Positions 7,831 through 16,288 of a stretch of DNA of 64,000 nucleotides are shown in pieces; the first letter of the stretch is position 1, and every line of letters starts with the position of its first letter. Origin of the DNA: Myxococcota bacterium (GTDB taxonomy: Bacteria; Myxococcota_A; UBA796; CAJQPC01). Under the pieces are notes generated by a model. The model worked only from the letters and a program-made list of their open reading frames with translations, had not been told where the DNA came from and did no database searches. The stretch spans positions 64,001-128,000 of the forward strand of contig JAZAMN010000008.1 in assembly GCA_036229005.1 (NCBI GenBank), given 5' to 3'. Position numbers and translations under genes: made by a program.

Positions 7831-10050
7831 TCAGCTCTCGGACGGCAGCGCCCACCAGGGCCGCTCGGGCACCGCTGCCCAGTCGCTCCAGCGCCCGTCC
7901 CAGGCCCGCCAGCGCAGGGTGTCCCCCAGGGAGATCTGCAGGGTGCCCTGGGTGTCGGTGCGCAGCACGGGCCAGCCCCGGTGGGCGTGGAGGGTCTGGG
8001 GATGCGGGTGGCCGAACTGGTTGTCCACGCCGCAGGAGATCACGGCCACCCGGGGGCGGAGGGCGGCCAGCAGCGCGGGGTCGGAGCTGGTGCGGCTGCC
8101 GTGGTGCGCGACCTTGAGCACGTCGATGGGGCCGGGGTCGCTGTGGCGCAGGGTGTCCTCGCCGGCGGACTCGATGTCACCGGTGAACAGCACGCTGTGG
8201 CCCCGGTGGTGAAAGGAGATGACCAGGCTGATCTCATTGGCCTCCTCCTCGAAGCGCTCCAGGAAGGGGGCGCTGGGGTGGTGCAGGCGCAGGCGCGGGT
8301 CGGGCAGGGGGTCGTCGGGCCCCAGGATGGGGACGCCCCGGTGGATGGCCAGGGCGAGCAGGCGGGCGTAGTCGGACTCGCCGGGCAGGGGGCCGCGGGG
8401 GACGCGGACGGCGCCGACCTCCAGAGACTCCAGGAGGGGGGCGAAGCCGGCGTAGTGGTCGGGGTGGGGGTGGCTGATGATGAGCTCGTCGATCCGGGTC
8501 AACCGCCTGCGCCGCAGCAGCTTGAGCAGGGCCGTGTTGGACGGGCCCCCATCGACGAGGACCAGCTTGCCGTCTCCGAGCTGGAGGATCGCGGCGTCCC
8601 CTTGGCCGATGGCCAGAAACTCCACGGTGGGCTGGGTGGGGCGCGCGCGCAGCAGGCTGAGGGTGAGCAGCGCCAGGGAGAGCTGGGGGCGCTTGACCAG
8701 GAGCACGGCGGCGGCGAGCAGGAGGACGCCCAGGGGGCCCACAGCGGGGTGGAGCAGGGTCCAGTCGGGGGCGCGGTCCAGCCAGTGGAGCCACTGGAGG
8801 GTCCAGTGCACGGCGCCGTCGGCCAGAGCGGCGGGGAGGGTCCAGCCGCGGGAGCCCAGCAGGCTGGCGGGCACGGCGACGGCGCCCATCAGCGGGACTG
8901 CGACCAGGTTGGCGATGGGGCTGAGCAGGGGCAGCTCCTGGAAGTGCCAGGCGACGGCGGGCAGGGTGCCCAGGCTGGCCCCGGTGGACGCGGACACCGA
9001 GCGCGCCACCCAGGCCAGGGGCCAGGGGGTGTCGGGGGGCAGCAGGCGCTCGATGCGGGGGCTCACGCTGAGAAGGCCGGCGACCGCGCCAAAGGAGAGC
9101 TGAAAGCTCAGCTCTGTGGGGGCGGCGGGCTCCACCAGGCAGACGGCGGCCATGGCGCCGCCCCACAGATTCCAGGGTTGCACGCCGCGGCCCATGGCGT
9201 TGCCGATCAGGCCGCAGCCCACCATCCAGGCGGCGCGCTGGGCGCTCACGGGGCTGCCCACGGCCCATGCGAAGCCCGCCGCGACGCAGACCCCCACCAG
9301 CGCGGGCAGCAGGCGGGTGGGCCAGGCCAGGCGGGGGCGGCGCAGGGCGAGCAGGGGCAGGGTGAGGGCTCGGGCCAGCCAGGCGGCGCCCAGGGCCAAG
9401 AGCCCGATGTGGAGGCCGGAGATGGCCAGCAGGTGGCGGGTGCCGGTGCGCTTGAGCAGGGCGTTGTCGGCGGGGTCCACCAGGCTGCGGTCGCCGCTGG
9501 AGAGGGCCCGCAGCAGGCCGGGGTGGCGGGCGTGGGGGAAGCTCCCTTGGAGCACGCGGCGGCCGGGCCGCAGGACCACCAGGCGCTGGGCGCGCAGCTC
9601 GCTGTGGACGCCGCGCAGGCGGGTCTGGGCGTGGGGGTCGGGGTCGCCGGGCAGGGCGAGCTCCCGGAGGGGGCCGATGGGGCCGAAGGCGGCGATCACG
9701 TCGCCCACACGGGTGTCCTCGCTTGTGCGCACGAGCAAGGGACCCTGCGCGGGGGCGCCGTCCAGCTCCCGGAGGTGGACCAGGATGCGCGAACCCTTGA
9801 TGGACCGCACCTCTCCCTGCACCGTCACCCCGGGAGCGCGCTCCACAGGCCCCGACAGCCGCGTGGCCCCGGCGAGGACACCGAGGAGCAGGCTGGCGGC
9901 CGCCGCAGCAGGCCAGGAGCGCCCCGCCCACGCCAGCAGCGCGCAGGCCAGCAGGCCCGCCAACACGGGGCCCGGCGCGGGGTCCAGGTGGGGGACGCAG
10001 AGGATGCCGGCGGCGATCAGCGGGCCGACCAGGAGCAGGGGGTTTCGCAT
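7831..10050 (-). CDS. comEC: ComEC/Rec2 competence protein
   Basis: TRHLLAISGLHI, SFQLSF, GQGDA, SHPHPDH, VAHHGS, NQFGHP. Confidence 0.92.
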   Translation of the reverse strand: MRNPLLLVGPLIAAGILCVPHLDPAPGPVLAGLLACALLAWAGRSWPAAAAASLLLGVLAGATRLSGPVERAPGVTVQGEVRSIKGSRILVHLRELDGAPAQGPLLVRTSEDTRVGDVIAAFGPIGPLRELALPGDPDPHAQTRLRGVHSELRAQRLVVLRPGRRVLQGSFPHARHPGLLRALSSGDRSLVDPADNALLKRTGTRHLLAISGLHIGLLALGAAWLARALTLPLLALRRPRLAWPTRLLPALVGVCVAAGFAWAVGSPVSAQRAAWMVGCGLIGNAMGRGVQPWNLWGGAMAAVCLVEPAAPTELSFQLSFGAVAGLLSVSPRIERLLPPDTPWPLAWVARSVSASTGASLGTLPAVAWHFQELPLLSPIANLVAVPLMGAVAVPASLLGSRGWTLPAALADGAVHWTLQWLHWLDRAPDWTLLHPAVGPLGVLLLAAAVLLVKRPQLSLALLTLSLLRARPTQPTVEFLAIGQGDAAILQLGDGKLVLVDGGPSNTALLKLLRRRRLTRIDELIISHPHPDHYAGFAPLLESLEVGAVRVPRGPLPGESDYARLLALAIHRGVPILGPDDPLPDPRLRLHHPSAPFLERFEEEANEISLVISFHHRGHSVLFTGDIESAGEDTLRHSDPGPIDVLKVAHHGSRTSSDPALLAALRPRVAVISCGVDNQFGHPHPQTLHAHRGWPVLRTDTQGTLQISLGDTLRWRAWDGRWSDWAAVPERPWWALPSES

Positions 10051-10126
10051 GCCCCAGCGCCCATGCAGGGAGCGGGCCAGCTCAAGCAGGGCGTGATTTC
10101 AGGTGCTTGGAGGGTCGGGTCGGCCG

Positions 10127-10150
10127 GGGGTGTCGGCTGTTCGACACCCC
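10127..10150. terminator. GC-rich hairpin, possible terminator of the upstream minus-strand gene
   Basis: GGGGTGTCG-GCTGTT-CGACACCCC immediately after the stop at 10153; no U tract. Confidence 0.4.
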
Positions 10151-10152
10151 TG

Positions 10153-10974
10153 TCAGGGCAGGGCGGCGCTCATGTCGCTCAGTCCCCAGCAGCTCGGGCC
10201 GCTGTCCAGCAGGGCGCACATCAGCGTGCCGTCTCCGGCGTCCAGGGCGCAGGCGTCGCTGGGGGCGGTCTCGGTCAGGTGCTCGCCAGCGTGGCCGTAG
10301 CAGGAGGTGCTGCCCTCGGCGTCCAGCACGCAGGTGAAGCCCTGGCCGGCGCTGATGTCCACCCAGCCGTCGCCGGGGGGGATCAGCGCCTGGGGGGCGT
10401 TCCAGCAGTGGGCCCGGCCGTCTTCGTCCAGCGCGCAGCCGTGGCAGCCGCCCTGGTCGACCTCGGTGTAGGCGATGTCGGCCTCGGGGGCGCCCTCGCC
10501 GCAGGTGGACATGTTGCCGTCGCAGTCCACGGTGCCGTCGGAGTGGACGCCGCAGAGCTGGTGTCCGGCCAGGTGCAGCTCCACGAAGGGGCCGCGCAGG
10601 CTGGGCATCACGCGCTCCCAACCCCAGCACTCGGGCTCTCCGGCCAGGGTGAGGCCGCAGGAGAGGCTGTCGCCGACGACCACCTGCAGGAACGCGGTGC
10701 TGGGCGGCTGGGTCTCGCCGTAGTGGTCCTCTCCGGCGCAGTGCGCCTGGCCCTCCGCGTCCAGCCCGCAGGCGTGGTTGCGGCCCAGGGAGACCGTGGC
10801 GGAGTCCAGCTCGCTGGCCCACTCGGCGGCGGGTCCCCAGCAGTGGAGCAGACCCTGGGGGTCCAGGGCGCAGACGCTCTGGCCCGTCACGGAGAGGCTG
10901 GACCACTCCTTGGGGGCGGCGCTGTCACCGGTGTCTGCGGGGGGCTCGGCGCAGGCGAGCAGGAGCAAGAGCAT
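10153..10974 (-). CDS. RCC1-like repeat lipoprotein
   Basis: MLLLLLAC start; repeats such as SLGRNHACGLDAEGQAHCAG and ISAGQGFTCVLDAEGSTSCYG. Confidence 0.8.
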   Translation of the reverse strand: MLLLLLACAEPPADTGDSAAPKEWSSLSVTGQSVCALDPQGLLHCWGPAAEWASELDSATVSLGRNHACGLDAEGQAHCAGEDHYGETQPPSTAFLQVVVGDSLSCGLTLAGEPECWGWERVMPSLRGPFVELHLAGHQLCGVHSDGTVDCDGNMSTCGEGAPEADIAYTEVDQGGCHGCALDEDGRAHCWNAPQALIPPGDGWVDISAGQGFTCVLDAEGSTSCYGHAGEHLTETAPSDACALDAGDGTLMCALLDSGPSCWGLSDMSAALP

Positions 10975-11069
10975 GGGTGCAGGCTAGCCGGGTCCAGGGC
11001 GGGGTGGCAGCCCCCTCGGCCTGACATCTCCCTGCGCGCCGGCCCAAAGCTCAGGGCTGAGGCCGGGGC

Positions 11070-11636
11070 TCAGTACTGTGTAAAGAGCGTCAGGGTCTCG
11101 ATCTCGGCGTGATCTCCGACCGCGCTGACCTTGGCGAGCTGGGCCCGGTCGGGGCCGACCGAGATCACGACGATTCCGGGCTCCGGCAGCATGGACCCCG
11201 GCGCCACGACGATCTCGGTGCCGTCGGGCAGGCCGATGGCTGCGCGGGGGGGCTGGGCGTTGGGCAGGGTCTCCAGCAGGCGCACGCCCCAGGCGGCCTG
11301 GGTGGCCATGCCCACGGGGGGCGGCGGCGGCGCGGCGGGCTCCGGGGTGGCCTCGACGATGGTCTCGGTGACCACAGGGCGCGCGGGCTCAGTGGGCTCA
11401 GCGGTGGGCTCCGGCTCTTCCTGGATCAGGTTCCCGTCGGAGTCGCAGGCGAAGGGGTCGTCGATGCAGATCTGGGGCTTCTTGTCGCCAAAGCCGCTCT
11501 CCGCCGGCGCGGTCTCCTGGGCGCCCTCGCAGTCGCAGGGGGGGCACTCGCTGGCTTGCGAGGTCTCCACGGGCTGGACGAGGCCCTTCCAGGAGGGTTC
11601 GGCGGACTGACAGGCGATGAGCAGGGCGAAGAGCAC
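11070..11636 (-). CDS. lipoprotein with C-terminal PilP/GspC-HR-like domain
   Basis: MLFALLIAC; Pro-rich linker; VRLLETL...RAAIGLPDGTEIVVAPGSML...VVISVGPDRAQL resembles the PilP beta domain. Confidence 0.55.
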   Translation of the reverse strand: MLFALLIACQSAEPSWKGLVQPVETSQASECPPCDCEGAQETAPAESGFGDKKPQICIDDPFACDSDGNLIQEEPEPTAEPTEPARPVVTETIVEATPEPAAPPPPPVGMATQAAWGVRLLETLPNAQPPRAAIGLPDGTEIVVAPGSMLPEPGIVVISVGPDRAQLAKVSAVGDHAEIETLTLFTQY

Positions 11637-11676
11637 TGGGATCTCCAGGGGACTCCGGGCACCCTAACCCAGGCGA

Positions 11677-13437
11677 TCAGAGGGGCACGCCCACCGACAC
11701 GGTCCCAGCGACCAGGTCCTGACTCCCGGCGCGCACGCCCGCCTGCACCCAGGCCCGGCTCCACACCAGGCGGCGGGCGCTCACGGAGAGCTCTCCCCCC
11801 AGGCTGGGCTGCACCAGCCCGCGCGCGCCCAGGGTCACCCAGTTGTCGGTGCCCACGGCCAGCTCCAGGGCGCCGGCCAGGTCCAGCTCGCTGTCCGTGG
11901 CGCCGTAGCTGTAGACGTCGATGCCGCCCTCGTCCAGGGCCTGCTCCCAGTCCAGGGCCCAGGTGCCCTGCTCCCAGCCGGCGCGCACGCCCCAGCGCAG
12001 GCGCTCGCTGGGCTGCCCCTCCACCCGCAGCACGAGCTGCTGCAGGCGCTCGCTGTAGAGGTCGTTCTGGATGGGGTCGTCGTCGTCCACGAGCCCGCCG
12101 CCGGCGGCCAGGAAGCGGTAGCGGATCAGCAGGTCGATGTCCTCGCTGAGGGCCAGCCGCGGCGAGATCTCGAGCTGCACGCGCTGCCGGGTGATGGGGA
12201 TCCCATCCTGAGGGAGCGTGGCCCCCGCCGCCCCGAGCTGCAGGAGCAGGGACTGCCGCGGGTCCTTGCCGAAGCGCAGGCTGGCCGCCGCGCCGCCCTG
12301 TCGGGTGTCGGGGTGGCTGAGCCCCCAGGCCGAGACGCCGACGGAGGGGTGATCCCGGAAGCCCAGGGCGACCCGCCCGCCCAGGCCGTCGCCGGCGCTC
12401 CAGGGCTGGAGCTGTCGGGTGGGGCCGCCGTCCAGGGAGACGCCGTGCAGATCCAGGCTGCCGGGGACCTGCTGGGCGTAGCGCAGCTCCGCGCTGATGC
12501 CGTAGCGCCCGGTGGACTGACCGAAGGCGGTCCAGGCGCTGACGCCGCTGTCGGGGGAGAGGCTGGTGCCGAGCTCGGCGGCGCGCATGGGCAGGTCCGG
12601 GAGCCAGGCGCCCTGGAGGCCCCGGTCCAGGTTCGAGGGCAGGGCGCCCATGGACGCGATGGTGCGGGCGCGGCCGCCGTCGTAGGCCCGGGGGTCCCGC
12701 TCGCTGACCCAGCCCTCGTCCTTCTCGGGGAAGGTGGGCTTCACGCGCTCCACGCCGGGCTCCAGGCTGCCGTCCCAGCGGGGGCCACCCACGTAGCCGT
12801 TGTCCTGCAGGGCGACCTGGCAGACCTGGCCAAAGCTGAGGTTCTCCGCGCCCTCTACGTTCTGGGGGACCCAGCTCGCCAGGCGCTGGACGCCCTGGAG
12901 GGTCCAGCCCTCGGCGGCCAGGGTGTAGATGCCGTCGATGTCGTCCTGGGGCGGCGGATCGGGGACCTCGCGGTCGGTGCGGCCGTAGAACTCGGCGAGG
13001 ATGGCCTGGTTCTGTGTGACGGTGGGCTGCCAGGCCGGGGGCGCCGGCTCCGCCTCCTCCAGGACCTCCTCCTGCGGGGGCGGATCGGGGCGCACGACCT
13101 CCTCCTCCTCGCCCAGGGCGGTCGCCAGGTGGGACTCCAGGATGGCGGCCAGGGTGGCGCGGTCGGCCCCGTCCACGTTCGCGGCGATCCAGCGCACGGC
13201 CTGCTCCAGCTCGGCGGCGCTGCGGCGGCTGTCCAGGAGGGCCTGCACGTCGTCCTCCAGGAAGGCCTCGGCCGGCGGGGTGCGCCCGGTCAGGCTGTAG
13301 AAGAGGCGGGCGATGCGCACGGCGTCCGCTTCGGCGAGCTCCTCGTTGGGGAGCTGCTGGGCCTGGACGACGGGGGAGGAGAGGATCAGAGTGAAGAGCA
13401 CGCCCAGGGTGTATCTCCTGAGCGTGCTCCCGTTCAC
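11677..13437 (-). CDS. exported protein with duplicated helical N-domain and probable C-terminal beta-barrel
   Basis: Signal peptide; two similar FY..T.R...W...NV.GA segments; amphipathic strands ending VSVGVPL. Confidence 0.6.
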   Translation of the reverse strand: MNGSTLRRYTLGVLFTLILSSPVVQAQQLPNEELAEADAVRIARLFYSLTGRTPPAEAFLEDDVQALLDSRRSAAELEQAVRWIAANVDGADRATLAAILESHLATALGEEEEVVRPDPPPQEEVLEEAEPAPPAWQPTVTQNQAILAEFYGRTDREVPDPPPQDDIDGIYTLAAEGWTLQGVQRLASWVPQNVEGAENLSFGQVCQVALQDNGYVGGPRWDGSLEPGVERVKPTFPEKDEGWVSERDPRAYDGGRARTIASMGALPSNLDRGLQGAWLPDLPMRAAELGTSLSPDSGVSAWTAFGQSTGRYGISAELRYAQQVPGSLDLHGVSLDGGPTRQLQPWSAGDGLGGRVALGFRDHPSVGVSAWGLSHPDTRQGGAAASLRFGKDPRQSLLLQLGAAGATLPQDGIPITRQRVQLEISPRLALSEDIDLLIRYRFLAAGGGLVDDDDPIQNDLYSERLQQLVLRVEGQPSERLRWGVRAGWEQGTWALDWEQALDEGGIDVYSYGATDSELDLAGALELAVGTDNWVTLGARGLVQPSLGGELSVSARRLVWSRAWVQAGVRAGSQDLVAGTVSVGVPL

Positions 13438-13479
13438 CCTCTGCCGGCAGCTCTGTGCGCCAGCGAGGTCACCCTGGGC

Positions 13480-13977
13480 TCAGCCGCGCCGCTCGCGCTC
13501 GCCGTCGGGGCCGCGCCGCTCGGGGCCGCGCTCACCGTCGGGGCCGCGCCGCTCGCCGCCGCGGGCCTGCTTCTCGGGGCCGTGCTTTCCGTGGCTGCGG
13601 GCCTTGTCGGGGCCGCGCTCGCCGGACTTCATTCCGCGCTGGTGGCGCTCGCCGCGGGCCTGCTTGTCCGGGCCGCCCTTGCACTCGCCGGCCGCGAAGG
13701 CCTCGCCGCGCTCGGGGCCGCCGCGCCGGGCCTGCCGCTCGTCGTGCTTGCCGCGCCGCTGCTCGCCTCGGGCCCGGCCGCGCTCGGCGTCCATCTGACC
13801 GCGCTTGTGCTCCTTGGCGTGCTCCCCGCGCTCGGGGCCGCGCGCCTGCTTCTCCTCGCCCATCGCGGAGCGGAGCAAGCGGGCGGGGGCGGCGTCCGGG
13901 GCCAAGACGCTCTGCGCGTTCATGGCCAGGGCGGCGGCGGGCTGAGCGAGGGAGAGGAGGAAGAGGATGGGGCTCAT
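13480..13977 (-). CDS. exported low-complexity charged protein (GPER / GPDKQARG repeats)
   Basis: GGAGG RBS before ATG 13977; signal-like N-terminus; G/E/R/K-rich repeats. Confidence 0.6.
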   Translation of the reverse strand: MSPILFLLSLAQPAAALAMNAQSVLAPDAAPARLLRSAMGEEKQARGPERGEHAKEHKRGQMDAERGRARGEQRRGKHDERQARRGGPERGEAFAAGECKGGPDKQARGERHQRGMKSGERGPDKARSHGKHGPEKQARGGERRGPDGERGPERRGPDGERERRG

Positions 13978-14077
13978 GTGAACCTCCCTTGTGTTGGGTT
14001 CGCTGGGTACGACGCGCTGGCCCCCGGGACTCTTCGCCGCCTTTACACTCCTTCGGAATCCATCACAGAAGGCCGGC

Positions 14078-15019
14078 ATGCTCCCCTCCGACGCCCCCCC
14101 GCTGCGCGACCCCGAGGCTCTCCTCGAGGCCCCCCCGGACGCGCCCCAGACCCCCCTGGAGCGGGTGGCTTTCACCCTGGACTTGTTCAGGTGGACCCTG
14201 GGTTCTGGGCGCGGTCAGGTGCTGCTCCAGCGCATCGAACAGGAGCCCCGCGCCATCGGCTGGCTGCGGGACATCGCCTTCAAGGCCCAGGCCCTGGACC
14301 CTGTGGCCGCCGCCCGGTGGGACCACATCGCCCTGAGCGTCGGCGATCAGATCATCTGGTCCACCCAGCGGCTCTACCAGCTCTTTCACCCCGAGCTGCG
14401 CCCCTGGCTGCTCCAGGTCCTGGCCTGCTGGCCGGAGTCGCTCCCGGTCGAGGTCAACGTGGGTCCTCCGCTGGGCACCCGCACCCCACCGTCCCACAGC
14501 GGGGTGCGCTTCCCCTCCGCGACGCTGAGCTACCCAAGCGAGGTCACCGAGACCGAGCGCACCGACGGCGTGCAGATCGCTCTGGAGCGCGCCGGAGCCT
14601 CCCTGGCCGAGCAGGACGCCTGCCTGCGCGCCATGCAGGACCAGGGCTTCACCGCCGCGGCCCGCTGGCTGGCGCTGCCCGATCCCCTGCCCACGCTCTA
14701 CTCCCCCTTCGCCCGCGCGGTGGGCCTGCCCTACATGACCGCGATGGGCGTGGTGATCCAGCGCGAGCCCCCCGGCCGCGCCGAGCTCCGCGTGGTGGAG
14801 GCCGTCGACCTGCAGAGCCTGCGGGCCGCCACCCGCATGGACCCCGACCTGATCCACATCCCGCCCCAGGGCCTGGACGCCATCGGCGACGAGCAGGTGG
14901 AGCAGCTCCTGTACATGGGCCTCACGGTCTGGATGGAGGGCCTCAGCGGCGCGCGCGCCGAGCGCTGGGCCGCCCACCAGGCGCAGGTCTACGCGGACAA
15001 CCCACCCGAGGCGCTCTGA
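14078..15019 (+). CDS. hypothetical protein
   Basis: Long ORF with strong GC3 bias; no motif recognised. Confidence 0.6.
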   Translation: MLPSDAPPLRDPEALLEAPPDAPQTPLERVAFTLDLFRWTLGSGRGQVLLQRIEQEPRAIGWLRDIAFKAQALDPVAAARWDHIALSVGDQIIWSTQRLYQLFHPELRPWLLQVLACWPESLPVEVNVGPPLGTRTPPSHSGVRFPSATLSYPSEVTETERTDGVQIALERAGASLAEQDACLRAMQDQGFTAAARWLALPDPLPTLYSPFARAVGLPYMTAMGVVIQREPPGRAELRVVEAVDLQSLRAATRMDPDLIHIPPQGLDAIGDEQVEQLLYMGLTVWMEGLSGARAERWAAHQAQVYADNPPEAL

Positions 15020-15034
15020 GGCTGGACACCCCGC

Positions 15035-15352
15035 GGCTACGCCGGCTGAATGAGCGGACCCCCATGGCTACGGGGTCTGAGTGAGCGGCCCCCCCTGGCT
15101 ACGCGGTCTGAGTGAGCGGTCTGCTGAGGCTACGCCGGCTCGGTGAGCGATTCGTCCACCGGTGGAGCCCGATTTCGCTCTCCAGGGCCCCAGATGGGCC
15201 GATTTCGGCCCCGATTCGGCCAGATCGGTGGGCAAAACGCTCACTGAGTCCCCGTAGCCTCGCGAGCTCGCTCATTCAGGGCCCGTAGCCTCGGGGTCTC
15301 GCTCACTGAGTCCCCGTAGCCTCGGCTGCCCGCTCACTCGGAGCCGGTAGCC
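15035..15352. repeat. inverted 31-bp-period array element, family 1 (4+4 units)
   Basis: GGCTAC-N10-TGAGCG at 15035/15066/15097/15128; 88-bp core; CGCTCA-N10-GTAGCC at 15238/15269/15300/15331. Confidence 0.95.
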
Positions 15353-16216
15353 CTACTCCAGCGTCACCCCAGGGAACTCCGCCGCCTCCCAGGCCGCTGT
15401 GTCGCCCAGCATCGCCGCGTCCAGGTAGCTGTCCAGCACCCGCCAGGCGTCTGCGCGGCTCTCTTCGGCCGGGCGGTCGTGGGGGCTGTCCTCTTTCTCC
15501 TGCTCGGCCTCGGTGACGTCGTCGGTCCAGTCGTAGTGGTTCATGCCGTCCACGATCGCCAGGGTCCCGTCCTGGAAGCGCTGGGCGCCCTCCTCCACGT
15601 CCTCCAGGGCCGCGCTGCCGTCCAGCACCCCCGTGATCGAGAGCACCGGGGTGCCCCCGCGGTCCTCCACGTCGTCCCCGCCAGTGGGGTAGGAGGCCAC
15701 CAGGATCAGCGCCTCGAAGTCTCCCGGGTGCCGGGCCCACTGCTTGGCTGCGACCACACCACCCAGGCTGTGACCGGCGATCCCCGCCGGCTCAGGACTC
15801 AGGGCGCCAGCCAGGAGCGGGTCTCCGTCCTGGTCCAGGTTCCGGGCCCGCTGCAGGGCCTCGTGTGCGCGGTTGGAGCCGAAGATCGCCAGGTCATTGG
15901 GGAACTGGGGGGTGAGCACGACGTAGCCCCGCGAGGCCAGGTGTTCGCCGATCCAGTGGTAGCGCTCGCGCTCGACCGCGCCGCCCTGCACCCAGAGCAC
16001 CACCGGGTGCTCGCCCTCCGCCATCCAGCCGTCGCTGTCCGCGGGGAAGTGCAGGTCCACCGGGAAGCTGCGCGAGGTGGCCCGCGTCGCCCGGTACTGC
16101 GAGCGCCCCACCCCGAAGGGGCCCAGCTCGCCGGGCTGCCCGCCGCGGGTCTCGTCGGGGTCCAGCAGCAGGGTGGGGTCGGAGGTGGGCGCGCAGGCCA
16201 GCAGGAGCAGGAGCAT
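15353..16216 (-). CDS. alpha/beta hydrolase lipoprotein (chlorophyllase-like)
   Basis: MLLLLLAC; HLASRGYVV; GHSLGG nucleophile elbow; GMNHY. Confidence 0.85.
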   Translation of the reverse strand: MLLLLLACAPTSDPTLLLDPDETRGGQPGELGPFGVGRSQYRATRATSRSFPVDLHFPADSDGWMAEGEHPVVLWVQGGAVERERYHWIGEHLASRGYVVLTPQFPNDLAIFGSNRAHEALQRARNLDQDGDPLLAGALSPEPAGIAGHSLGGVVAAKQWARHPGDFEALILVASYPTGGDDVEDRGGTPVLSITGVLDGSAALEDVEEGAQRFQDGTLAIVDGMNHYDWTDDVTEAEQEKEDSPHDRPAEESRADAWRVLDSYLDAAMLGDTAAWEAAEFPGVTLE

Positions 16217-16288
16217 CAGATCCACGGGGGTGGGAGGGGGTGTCCGATCTGGGCCGGCAGGGTCTGCGCGATTGCGTCCAGGGTGGGT

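Noticed and set aside
15035..15352. CRISPR array (also considered for 57835-58091 and 62606-62905)
   Set aside because: The conserved parts are only 6-9 nt with 8-10 nt fillers, the arms are inverted, there are no spacer-length unique sequences, and no cas genes are in the window.
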